This document shows, in pieces, positions 19,683 through 29,600 of a stretch of 64,000 bases of DNA (position 1 is the stretch's first letter; the number at the start of each line of letters is the position of its first letter). This DNA comes from Opitutia bacterium (GTDB lineage: Bacteria; Verrucomicrobiota; Verrucomicrobiia; Opitutales; Opitutaceae), in assembly GCA_947461205.1 (NCBI GenBank), contig CANHJG010000001.1:14126-78125 (forward strand). Reading direction: 5' to 3'. The position numbers and the translations under genes are program-made. The notes under the pieces were generated by a model. The model saw nothing but the letters and a program-made list of their open reading frames with translations, was not told where the DNA came from and did no database searches.

Positions 19683-21310
19683 AGCTCTTCACCCGCGGCG
19701 ACGCCGACGGCTTCTGCGCCATCGCCCTCGACAACATCGTCCAACTCCTCCTGGTCCCCGCACTTTGCCTCAACGTGATCGGGATGCCGCCGGAGCTCGT
19801 CTACGGCCGGATTCTCCCCGGCATCGCCGTCTCGTATCTCGTCGGCAATCTTTTCTACGCCTGGCAGGCGCACCGCCTCGCGAAAAAAGAAAACCGCACC
19901 GACGTCTGCGCGCTGCCCTTCGGCCTGAACACGCCGGCGTTCATCGCCTACGTCTTTCTCGTGATGCTGCCCGCGAAGCAGATCGCGATTGCCCAGGGCG
20001 CGCCGAATCCCGACGAGGTCGCCTGGCAGGCCGGTCTCATCGCCTGCATCGGCTCGGGTTGCATCGAATTTTTCGGCGCCTTCATCAGTGAACGCATCCG
20101 CCGCATGACCCCGCGCGCCGCCCTCCTCGCCGCGCTGTCCGGCGCCGGCATGGCGTTCCTCACCCTCAATTTTCTCCTCAACACCTTCGCCCACCCCATC
20201 GTCGGCCTCGTCACCCTCGGCCTCGTCCTCCTCTTCTATTTCGGCCGCGTGAAACCGAAACTCGGCATTCCCGCCGCGCTCGTCGTGCTCACCGTCGGCA
20301 CCGCCCTCGCGTGGCTGACGGGCCTCGCCCCGCAGGGCACGCTGCCGCCGGCGGGGACATTTGCCTGGCACCCGCCGCTCCCCGTCTTCGGCGCGCTCTG
20401 GCAGGCGATGAGCGGCGGCCACGTCCTGCCCTACCTCTCGGTCATCATTCCGATGGGCCTGCTCAACCTGCTCGCGTCGCTCCAATGCATCGAGTCCGCC
20501 GCCGCCGCGGGCGATTCCTTCGACACGAAATCCTCCCTCATGGCCAACGGTCTCGGCACCTTCGCCGCCGCCTGCTTCGGCTCGCCGTTTCCCACCTCCA
20601 TCTACATCGGCCATCCGGCGTGGAAACGCATGGGCGCCCGCGCCGGCTACTCCACCCTCAACGGCGTTTTCATCACCGCGCTCTGCCTCACCGGTTCGAT
20701 GGCGTTTGTCGCCTGGGCCGTCCCCGCCGACGCCGGACTCGCGATCATTATCTGGATCGGCCTCATCATTTGCGTGCAGGCCTTCGAAGTCACCCCGCAG
20801 CGCCACTGGCCGGCCGTCGTGCTCGGCACCGCCCCGGTCCTCATCGCGTGGGCCATGTTTTTCACGAAAAACGCCCTGCGGATCGCCGGTTCCGGCACGC
20901 CCGGCGGAATCGAATTTTCGCCCAAGCTCCTCGCGGCGTTCCACGCCTCGGGTACCTTCATCGACGGCGGATTCGCCTTGGAGCAGGGCGCGTTCTACTG
21001 CGCCCTCGTGCTCGCCACGGTCACGGTGCTGATCATCGAACGCCGCCTGCTCGCCGCCGCCGGCTGGGCGCTCGCCGCCGCCGCCCTCAGTCTGCTCGGG
21101 CTCCTACACGCCTGGCGCTTCACCTCGAGCGATACCGTCACCGCCCTCCCGCTCCTCGACTCCCTGACCGGCACGGGCCGACCCGGTGAGTCGCTCTTTC
21201 CCGCCGCCGGCTATGCGATCGGCTACGCCGGCATCGCCGCCGTCCTGCTGCTGGCCCGGTGGTTCACCGCGCCCGACGCCGGGCATGGGAGCCCGCCGCC
21301 CGGCGCGTAA
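19679..21310 (+). CDS. NCS2/AzgA-like purine (adenine/guanine/hypoxanthine) permease
   Basis: 543-aa polytopic protein with an N-terminus (MKLFTRGDADGF.AIALDNIVQ) typical of MFS/NCS2 purine permeases. Its ATG overlaps the upstream stop (ATGA). Confidence 0.75.
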   Translation: MKLFTRGDADGFCAIALDNIVQLLLVPALCLNVIGMPPELVYGRILPGIAVSYLVGNLFYAWQAHRLAKKENRTDVCALPFGLNTPAFIAYVFLVMLPAKQIAIAQGAPNPDEVAWQAGLIACIGSGCIEFFGAFISERIRRMTPRAALLAALSGAGMAFLTLNFLLNTFAHPIVGLVTLGLVLLFYFGRVKPKLGIPAALVVLTVGTALAWLTGLAPQGTLPPAGTFAWHPPLPVFGALWQAMSGGHVLPYLSVIIPMGLLNLLASLQCIESAAAAGDSFDTKSSLMANGLGTFAAACFGSPFPTSIYIGHPAWKRMGARAGYSTLNGVFITALCLTGSMAFVAWAVPADAGLAIIIWIGLIICVQAFEVTPQRHWPAVVLGTAPVLIAWAMFFTKNALRIAGSGTPGGIEFSPKLLAAFHASGTFIDGGFALEQGAFYCALVLATVTVLIIERRLLAAAGWALAAAALSLLGLLHAWRFTSSDTVTALPLLDSLTGTGRPGESLFPAAGYAIGYAGIAAVLLLARWFTAPDAGHGSPPPGA

Positions 21311-21337
21311 CCGGCCCAACCCGACCGCCCACCCGCT

Positions 21338-22852
21338 TCACGGTTCACGCTTCGGCTCCGCCGCTGCGCGCGCCTCGGGACCGAAATAATTCAGGGCAAA
21401 ATGGCTCTGGCTGGGTTCCTGGTAGAAAATAACCGCCCCCGCCGGAATCGCGGCGCGGATCGCCTCGCGCGGCGGCTCCAGCTTCGCCCGCCACAGGCTC
21501 AGCAACGCATCGTCAAACGGATAAATCTTCCGGTCCGATAGGATCGTGATGAGCGGATTCCACGGCAGATAGAGCGCTCCCGGACTCGCTCGGGCCCGCG
21601 CCAGCAGGTTTTCCAGCCCGCGATAGGGCGTCCACACCGCCTCGCGCATGAAGGCCATCCGGTAGTCCACGGCGAGACCGGCGAGCAGCGCCGCACCGAG
21701 CACCACCGCCGGCCGTAGGCGCCGCGAGTCCGCGCGCGTCGCGTCCGCCTGCACCAGCGCAGCCCCCACGAAAATCAACCCGGCCACGAGCGCATAAAAC
21801 AGGGCGTGCACGGAGTTGATCCCGCCGCCCGCTTTCAACGAGGCCACCAGACCAAACGGGGCTTGCCAGAGCGCCGCCCAGCCGAGCAGACGCACCATCG
21901 CCCCGGCCTCCGGCGCCAGCGGCCCGCGCCAGACCGGCCGCCACACCAGCCAGCCGATCCCGCCCGCCACCCACCAGACCCACGCCGTTTGCACCAGATC
22001 CCAGCCGGATTTCGCCAGCAGCGCCCCGCCACCCTGCCAAGGGGTGCGCGCCAGCACAAACCACGCGTTGAACAACAACTCCTCTGCCCCAAAACTCAGG
22101 AGGAAAATCCCGGCGAGCCCGCCGCCGCAGGCAACGAGCCAGCCCACCCAGGCCCGCAGCAACCGGCCATGGCCCTCCCGCCACAGCCACACAAGCGTCG
22201 CGGGCACGACCATCACGGCGAGTTGCTTCGTCCCAACCGCCCACGCCACGGCCAACGCCCCCAGCGGCAGCCCGGGCCGCCAGCCGCGCACCGCGCCCGC
22301 ATGCAGCGCCACGCACGCCGCCAACACCCCGGCCACGCATACCGCGTCGACATGCAGCATATAAAACGAGCTCTGCGTGACCGGATTTGCGAGCATCAGC
22401 ACCACCCCTACCACGGTCGCCCGCGCCGCCGCACCCGCGCGCCCGCCCAACGCCGCCCGCACCACCAGAAACACCGGCACCAACACCGTCACGATATTCC
22501 ATCCCGCCGCGAGCATGAAGGCCACGGTCGGATTCTCCAGCCCAGCGAACGGCAGATACCACAACGGAAACACCGGTCCGTAAAACCAGCCGAGATGCGC
22601 CCCCGACTCCCGCAACGCGTAAATCGGCAGTCCGCGCGCTAGGGCAAACGACGGCGCCAGCCGCGCCGCATTCCACGGCACCCCCGGCACCGTGCACAGC
22701 ACGCTCCAACCCAACCCAAGCAACCCAACCACCACGGCAAGCCAGCTGCACGCCTCCGCGTAATCCGCCCACCCGCCGCCCCTCCGGCCACCCGAGGATC
22801 GTTCGCTCGCCGTGATCATCGGGCTCCCGCGCGTGCCACCGCCGGCGCTCAC
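21338..22852 (-). CDS. polytopic integral membrane protein, possible GT-C-type glycosyltransferase
   Basis: About 12 hydrophobic segments, Trp/Arg-rich loops and a soluble C-terminal tail. The GTG start overlaps the purM stop (GTGA at 22849-22852). An alternative ATG lies at 22819. No family recognised with confidence. Confidence 0.6.
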   Translation of the reverse strand: MSAGGGTRGSPMITASERSSGGRRGGGWADYAEACSWLAVVVGLLGLGWSVLCTVPGVPWNAARLAPSFALARGLPIYALRESGAHLGWFYGPVFPLWYLPFAGLENPTVAFMLAAGWNIVTVLVPVFLVVRAALGGRAGAAARATVVGVVLMLANPVTQSSFYMLHVDAVCVAGVLAACVALHAGAVRGWRPGLPLGALAVAWAVGTKQLAVMVVPATLVWLWREGHGRLLRAWVGWLVACGGGLAGIFLLSFGAEELLFNAWFVLARTPWQGGGALLAKSGWDLVQTAWVWWVAGGIGWLVWRPVWRGPLAPEAGAMVRLLGWAALWQAPFGLVASLKAGGGINSVHALFYALVAGLIFVGAALVQADATRADSRRLRPAVVLGAALLAGLAVDYRMAFMREAVWTPYRGLENLLARARASPGALYLPWNPLITILSDRKIYPFDDALLSLWRAKLEPPREAIRAAIPAGAVIFYQEPSQSHFALNYFGPEARAAAEPKREP

Positions 22853-23955
22853 CGCACCTGCAGCGTGTCACCCTCAAACGTAATGCCGAGCGACGGCACC
22901 ACCACCGCCTTGCGCGCGCCTTCTTTCCTCACCCGGCCCGCGACCCAGCCATCGTAGCCGGTCGCCTGCGCCGCCGCGAGGACGGCCTCCACCTGCTCCG
23001 GTGCAACGTAAGCCGCGAAGCCGACGCCCTGGTTGAACGTCGCATACATTTCCCGCTCCTCGATCGGCCCGGCTTCCTGCAAAAATTGAAACAACGCCGG
23101 GGCCGGCCGCGGCTCTGTGATCTCGTAGACAAACGGCTCGTCGAGCCGCATCAGCTTGCGCCAGCCATGACCGGTCACATGCGCGACATAGTTCAGCTTC
23201 AGTCCCCGCCGCTGGCACTCCCGCACAAACGCCACGTAGATTACCGAGGGCGCGAGCAAGGCCTCGCCGTAGGTGCGCACATCTCCGTGTCCGATCGGCG
23301 TCTGGTAACCCAGCGGCAGCTGCGCCGCAATCTTGCGGCACAGCGAAAGTCCGTTCGTCTGCACGCCCGAACTCGCGAGGAAAATAATCTGGTCGCCGTC
23401 CCGCACGTCGCCCGTGATGCGCCGGCTCTTCGGGAAAATTTTCCCGATCGCCGAACCCGCCAGCACGATGGCCTCCGGCTCAACAATCCCGCCCAACGTC
23501 GGCGTCTCGCCCCCGCCCCACACCGCCCCGGCCGCGCGACAGCCTTCAGCAAAACCCGCCACCAGCGCATTCGTGCGCGTCTCATCCGCAAACCACCCGG
23601 AGTCGCCCACCGCCGCGTGCATCGCGACCGAAATCGGCAACGCCCCACAGGTCACCAGATCGTTGACCATCGTCGCCACCGTATCGATGGAGATCTCCCG
23701 ATAAAAACACTTCCCCGTCGCCGCATAGACGGCGTCCGCCACCAGGTTCTTCGTGCCGAGGCCTTCCTCAACGTGCGCGAGAAAATGGTCCGTCGCCTCA
23801 ATGAGGTAGGCGCTCTCCCCGCGCGTCGTCGCCGGCTCGGCGTAACCGTGGTCGGCCAACACGCCCGCCGTCGTGCGCGCGGCCTTCTGGCACGCGCGCT
23901 TAAACGCATCGAGCTGATCGTAACGCACACCGGATGATTCGTAGCTGAGCGACAT
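22849..23955 (-). CDS. purM: phosphoribosylformylglycinamidine cyclo-ligase (AIR synthase) family
   Basis: EEGLGTKNLVAD...SIDTVATMVNDLVTCGALP and the C-terminal AIRS_C-like part are present. It sits next to purF and purL. Confidence 0.75.
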   Translation of the reverse strand: MSLSYESSGVRYDQLDAFKRACQKAARTTAGVLADHGYAEPATTRGESAYLIEATDHFLAHVEEGLGTKNLVADAVYAATGKCFYREISIDTVATMVNDLVTCGALPISVAMHAAVGDSGWFADETRTNALVAGFAEGCRAAGAVWGGGETPTLGGIVEPEAIVLAGSAIGKIFPKSRRITGDVRDGDQIIFLASSGVQTNGLSLCRKIAAQLPLGYQTPIGHGDVRTYGEALLAPSVIYVAFVRECQRRGLKLNYVAHVTGHGWRKLMRLDEPFVYEITEPRPAPALFQFLQEAGPIEEREMYATFNQGVGFAAYVAPEQVEAVLAAAQATGYDGWVAGRVRKEGARKAVVVPSLGITFEGDTLQVR

Positions 23956-23972
23956 GGGAGAAAGAGGGAAGA

Positions 23973-24475
23973 CTAACGGTGGCCCCGATGGAAGCCGATC
24001 TTCGGCTTCTTTGCGTCGTCGACCGCCGGAGCGTCGAGCAACGGCGGGAGGCGTTCAACCACCTCACGCAGCACCGAGTCATGCTCGCAGAGGCGCCCGG
24101 CGATCTCCGCGAGCCGTTGGAGCATCGTCGCATTCGCGAGCAACGCCTCGCGCATCTGCACAAACGCCCGCACGAGGTAGAGACTCACTCGGCCGCCCTC
24201 TCACTCCGCCGAACGGGGGCCGCCCGCAGCGCGCCGTGTTCGGTGAAGACCCAAGGTGGTTGCCGAAGTCCGCCGTGAGTCCCTCTCGATATCGTCGTTT
24301 GCGATCTCACGTTCTCCTCCTCTTCCTTGGTCAGCCGAAACCGAAAGTCTGCGGGAAACCGCGAGGCATTCCGTTTCACCGCCTCATTCAGCCGTTTCAT
24401 CGCCACTCCATCCAGCCCCGCCAGATCCGCATCGGGCACGACCTTCGCCTTCCGAATCACGTGGATCCGCGACAA
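23973..24475 (-). pseudogene. ORF6N (KilA-N-related) domain protein, frameshifted
   Basis: ORF 24185..24475 carries DADLAGLDGVAMKRLNEAVKRNASRFPADFRFRLTKEE...FTEHGA....RSERA. A TGA follows, and the family continues in the next frame from 24188 (SLYLVRAFVQMRE...KIGF). A single-base shift at GCCGAGTGAGTC is implied. The N-terminus is also short (TTG start). Confidence 0.7.
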
Positions 24476-24513
24476 CGCTCAGCGTGTGGTGCGTGCGCCA
24501 TGGCCCCCCGGCC

Positions 24514-26421
24514 TCAGTAGGCGCGCCCCTCAGCCCTTTCGTGATAGTTCAAAAACGCCTGGTTCACCACGCGGTAGCCGCCGGGCGTCGGATATTTTCC
24601 CGTGAAATACCAGTCGCCCGTATGGTGCGGCACGGCCTCGTGCAGATGCTCGATCGTCTGAAAGATGATCTCAATCTCGCCTTTCCACTCGATGCCTTTC
24701 GGCCGCACGCGCTCAACGATCTTGGCGGAAATCTCCTCCGGCGTGAACGGCTCGTAGATCCGGCGCACGTGGTTCACCGGACCACCGCGCGCGACTTCGT
24801 CGTAACACGCCTTGTATACATCCTCCAGCAGCCCCAACTGCCCGCGCTCCCGCAGCAATTCGATCGCCGCTTCGAACGCGATGAATTTTCCCAGCTCCGA
24901 CATGTCGATGCCATAACAGTCCGGATACCGAATCTGCGGCGCCGTCGAGACGATGATGATCTTCTTCGGCTGCAGCCGCGCGAGAATCCGCAAGATCGAT
25001 TTCCGCAGCGTCGTCCCGCGCACGATCGAGTCGTCCACACACACCAGATTGTCCCCTGGCTTCACCGAACCGTAAGTGATGTCGTAGACATGGCTCGCAA
25101 GCTGGTTGCGCAGGCTCTCCTGCCCGATGAACGTCCGGAGCTTGATGTCCTTGCTCACCACTTTCTCCCCGCGCGGCCAGTTCCGCAAAATCAGGTCGTC
25201 GAGCACCGCCTCCGTGAGCTCGCCCGCCGCCGCCGCCTGCAAAATCGCCGCCTTCACCTCGTCGCGCCGCCGGGCCCGCAACGTCGACATCAGACCGTAA
25301 TACGCCACCTCGGCCGTGTTCGGGATAAAACTGAACACCGTGTTCGCCCAGTCGTGGCCGATCGACTTGATCACCTGGTCTGCAAGCCCGCCGCCCAGCG
25401 CCTGGCGCTCGCGGTAAATGTCGAGATCGTTGCCCCGCGAAAAATAGATCCGCTCAAACGAACACGACGTCCGCGGCAGCGGCGCCGTAAACGCCACCGA
25501 CTGCACCGTGCCGCGCTTCTTCATCACCACGACATGGCCCGGCTCGACTTCCCGCACATCCTCCACCGCCACGTCGAACACCGTCATCAACGGCGCGCGT
25601 TCCGACGCGAAGGCCACGACCTCGTCGTTCTTGAAATAAAACGCCGGCCGGATCCCCGAGGGATCGCGCGCGACAAACGCATCCCCGTTGCCGATCAGCC
25701 CCGCGATCGCGTAGCCACCGTCCCACTTCTGCGAGGCGCGCGTCAACACGCGCGCAACATCGAGATCCTCACTGATCCGGCGGGAGAGCTCCGCGCCGTC
25801 CATCTCGCGCGTGCGCAGGTACCGGTAAATGTCCTCGTGTTCCTCATCCAGGAAGAACCCGATTTTCTCCAGCACCGCCTGCGTGTCCGAGGCGAAAATC
25901 GGGTGCTGACCGATCGCGATAAGGCTGTCATTCAACTCCCGCGTGTTCGTCATGTTGAAGTTGCCGCACAACGCCAGATTGCGCGTCGGCCACGAACTCC
26001 GCCGGAAATACGGATGGCACGCGCTCACCCCATACCCGCCACTCGTGCCGTAGCGCAGATGGCCGAGCAGCAGCTCCCCCCCAAAGTCGAAGTGCCGCTT
26101 CACCGTGTCCGGAAACTCGGGATGAACCTGACCCTTGGCGGTGAGTTCGCGGTATTGCTCGAGCAAGGCCCCAAACACCTTGTCGAGCGGGTTCGGCGTC
26201 GTGTTCCGCTCCCGAAACATGTAGGGCTCACCCGCCGGCATATCGAGCTTCACGCACGCCACCCCCGCCCCGTCCTGGCCGCGGTTGTGCTGCTTCTCCA
26301 TCAGCAGAAAAAGCTTCTCAAAGCCCCACAGCGGCGACTTGTATTTCTCCGCGTAATAGGCGAGCGGCTTCAGCAGCCGCACCAGCGCAATGCCACACTC
26401 GTGACCGATGGGTTCGCTCAT
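24514..26421 (-). CDS. purF: amidophosphoribosyltransferase, long (about 630 aa) form
   Basis: The N-terminal nucleophile context MSEPIGHECGI and the PRTase loop VCVDDSIVRGTT are present. The length matches the long Bacteroidota/PVC-type PurF. Confidence 0.9.
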   Translation of the reverse strand: MSEPIGHECGIALVRLLKPLAYYAEKYKSPLWGFEKLFLLMEKQHNRGQDGAGVACVKLDMPAGEPYMFRERNTTPNPLDKVFGALLEQYRELTAKGQVHPEFPDTVKRHFDFGGELLLGHLRYGTSGGYGVSACHPYFRRSSWPTRNLALCGNFNMTNTRELNDSLIAIGQHPIFASDTQAVLEKIGFFLDEEHEDIYRYLRTREMDGAELSRRISEDLDVARVLTRASQKWDGGYAIAGLIGNGDAFVARDPSGIRPAFYFKNDEVVAFASERAPLMTVFDVAVEDVREVEPGHVVVMKKRGTVQSVAFTAPLPRTSCSFERIYFSRGNDLDIYRERQALGGGLADQVIKSIGHDWANTVFSFIPNTAEVAYYGLMSTLRARRRDEVKAAILQAAAAGELTEAVLDDLILRNWPRGEKVVSKDIKLRTFIGQESLRNQLASHVYDITYGSVKPGDNLVCVDDSIVRGTTLRKSILRILARLQPKKIIIVSTAPQIRYPDCYGIDMSELGKFIAFEAAIELLRERGQLGLLEDVYKACYDEVARGGPVNHVRRIYEPFTPEEISAKIVERVRPKGIEWKGEIEIIFQTIEHLHEAVPHHTGDWYFTGKYPTPGGYRVVNQAFLNYHERAEGRAY

Positions 26422-26626
26422 AACCGCCCCCCTGTTTGGCAGGCCGGCATCGTCGAAGTTCGCTGGTGGGATTCAATCGGCATTCGGCAGGAGAACTGCC
26501 CATCTCGAAGAGGCCCCGGCAATGGTCAACGGCTTTCTCCGCCGCCCGCGTCTTATGCCGTCTGCTCATGACTTTCCCCCTCCTTGACGCCCCGGCCGAG
26601 TTCGGGAGCATCACCCTTTCCTGACT

Positions 26627-29600
26627 ATGCTGATCCTCCGCGGCTCGCCTGCCCTCTCGCCCTTCCGCCTGCAAAAACTCCTCGACGACCTCGTCGCCGC
26701 CGGCCTCCCGGTCCGCGCCGTGGCCGCCGAATTCGTGCACGTCGCCGCACTCGCCGCCGTCGGCCCCGGCCTCCCCGCACGCGACCTCACCGCCGCCGAG
26801 CACTCCGTCCTCGTACAACTCCTCACCTACGGCCCCCGGCGCGCCGCCGCCCCCGTCACCGGCCTCGTCCAAATCGTCGCCCCCCGGCCCGGCACCCTCT
26901 CCCCGTGGTCCTCCAAAGCGACCGACATCGCCCACCTCTGCGGCCTCACCGCCGTCCAACGCCTCGAGCGCGTCGTCGCCTTCACCGTCGACCTTGGCCC
27001 CGTTTCCGATCTTCAACTTTCAACTTTTAGCCTTCAACTCGCAGCGAAGCTGAGTGACCGCATGACGCAGGTCGTCTTCGGGGACCTCGCCGCCTGCGCC
27101 GCCCTCTTCCGCCACGAGGCACCCCGCCCGATGACCAGCGTACCCGTCCTCGCCGCCGGCCGCGCTGCCCTCGTCGCCGCCAACGCCGATCTCGGCCTCG
27201 CCCTCGCCGACGACGAAATCGACTACCTCGTCCAGGCCTTCACCACCCTCGGCCGCGACCCCCACGACATCGAGCTGATGATGTTCGCCCAGGCCAACTC
27301 CGAGCACTGCCGCCATAAAATCTTCAACGCCACTTGGGACATCGACGGCGCCGCGCGCGACCACTCGCTGTTCCAGATGATCAAGCACACCTACACGCTC
27401 CACAGCGCAGGCATCCTCTCCGCCTACAAGGACAACGCCGCCGTCCTCACCGGCACCCGCGGCGGCCGCTTCTACACCGACCCGCGCACCCACGAGTACG
27501 CCGCGCATGACGAGGACATCCACCTCCTCTGCAAGGTCGAGACGCACAACCACCCCACCGCCATCTCCCCGTTCCCCGGAGCCGCCACCGGCTCCGGCGG
27601 CGAAATCCGCGACGAGGGCGCCACCGGCCGCGGCTCGAAACCGAAAGCCGGCCTCGTCGGCTTCACCGTCTCCAATCTCCGCTTACCCGGCGCGATTCAG
27701 CCGTGGGAAAAGGACAACGGCAAACCCGACCGCATCGTCTCCGCCCTCGACATCATGATCGAAGGCCCGCTCGGCGCCGCCGCCTTCAACAACGAATTCG
27801 GCCGCCCCGCCATCAACGGCTACTTCCGCACCTTCGAACAAGCCGTGTCTTCCGCCGGAGGCAGCGAGCTCGCTCGCGCTGCATCAGCCTCCCCGGCAAA
27901 AGAAATCCGCGGCTACCACAAGCCCATCATGCTCGCCGGCGGCCTCGGCAACATCAAAGCCGAGCACGTCAAAAAAGGCGCCATTCACCCCGGCGACCAA
28001 CTCATCGTCCTCGGCGGCCCCGCCATGCTCATCGGCCTCGGCGGCGGCGCCGCCTCCTCGATGGCCAGCGGCCACGGCAACGAAGACCTCGATTTCGCCA
28101 GCGTCCAACGCGACAACCCCGAAATGGAGCGCCGCTGCCAGGAAGTGATCGACCGCTGCTGGGCCCTCGGCGACGACAACCCCATCTCGTTCATCCACGA
28201 TGTCGGCGCCGGCGGCGTCTCCAACGCCCTGCCCGAACTCGTCAACGACGGCGGCCGCGGCGGCAAGTTCAACCTCCGCGCCCTCCCCAACGCCGAACCC
28301 GGCCTGTCCCCACTCGAGATCTGGTGCAACGAGGCGCAGGAACGCTACGTCCTCGCCGTCCCCGCCGCCCACCTCGACCTGTTCGCCCGCCTCTGCGCCC
28401 GCGAGCGCTGCCCCTTCGCCGTCGTTGGCGAGGCCACCGCGGAAAAACAACTCGTCCTCGAAGACCCGCATTTCCAGAACTGCCCTATCGACCTCCCGCT
28501 CGACGTGCTCCTCGGCAAACCGCCGCGCATGCACCGCACCGACACCACCCAAAAACGCCCGCAGCACCCACTCGATCTCACCACGCTCACCCCCGCGCCG
28601 ACCGGCCCGAAGAAACCCTATTCCGCCGCGACCGCCGTCGCCACCGAACGCGCCGCCCTCGCCGAGGCCATCCGCCGCGTCCTCTCCCATCCCACCGTCG
28701 CCGACAAAACCTTTCTCATTTCCATCGGCGACCGCACCCTCGGCGGCCTCATCGCCCGCGACCAAATGGTCGGCCCCTGGCAAGTCCCCGTCGCCGACTG
28801 CGCCGTCACCGCCGCCACCTTCGACGTCACCACCGGCGAAGCCATGGCTATGGGCGAGCGCACCCCGGTGGCGGTCAACAATGCCGCCGCGTCCGCCCGC
28901 CTCGCGGTCGGCGAAGCCCTCACCAACCTCGCCGCCGCCCAAATCGGCGACCTCGGTAAAGTGAACCTCTCCGCCAATTGGATGGCCGCCCCCGCCATCC
29001 CCGGCGACGGCGCCGATCTCTACGCCGCCGTCCAGGCCGTCGGTCTGGAACTCTGCCCCGCCCTCGGCATCACGATCCCGGTCGGCAAGGACTCGATGAG
29101 CATGAGCACCGGGTGGAACGACGCGGCCACTGGAGAGAAAAAACGCATCACCGCCCCCGTCTCGCTCATCGTCTCCGCCTTCGCCCCCGTCGCCGACATC
29201 CGCCTCTCGCTCACGCCGCAACTTCAGCGCCCCGCGCTCGCGCCAGGTGAAGTCGGAAGTTTAAATGCCAGTCACGCGGCCAACGCTTCAACTCCCCACT
29301 TAAACATCGATCCGCAGCCGGACACCGTCCTGCTGCTGATCGATCTGGGCCGCGGCCAAAACCGCCTCGGCGGTTCCATCCTCGCGCAGACCGTTTCGCA
29401 GATGGGCGAAGCCACCCCGGACGTCGACCAACCCAGGGACCTGAAAAATTTCTGGAACGCGATCCAGCTCCTCGGCCGTCAGAAAAAACTCCTCGCCTAC
29501 CACGACCGCTCCGACGGCGGCCTCCTCGCCACCGTCGCAGAAATGGCCTTCGCGGGCCACACCGGCGTCGACCTCGAAATTCCGCCGGGCCACGAAGTCT

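Noticed and set aside
26422-26626. Looked for a purine or ZTP riboswitch, or a PurR-type operator, in the divergent purF/purL intergenic region.
   Set aside because: I could not find the conserved cores (for example the ZTP CCGGGCGCCTGGGC-type 3' element or purine-riboswitch junction motifs) on either strand. A covariance-model scan is still needed.
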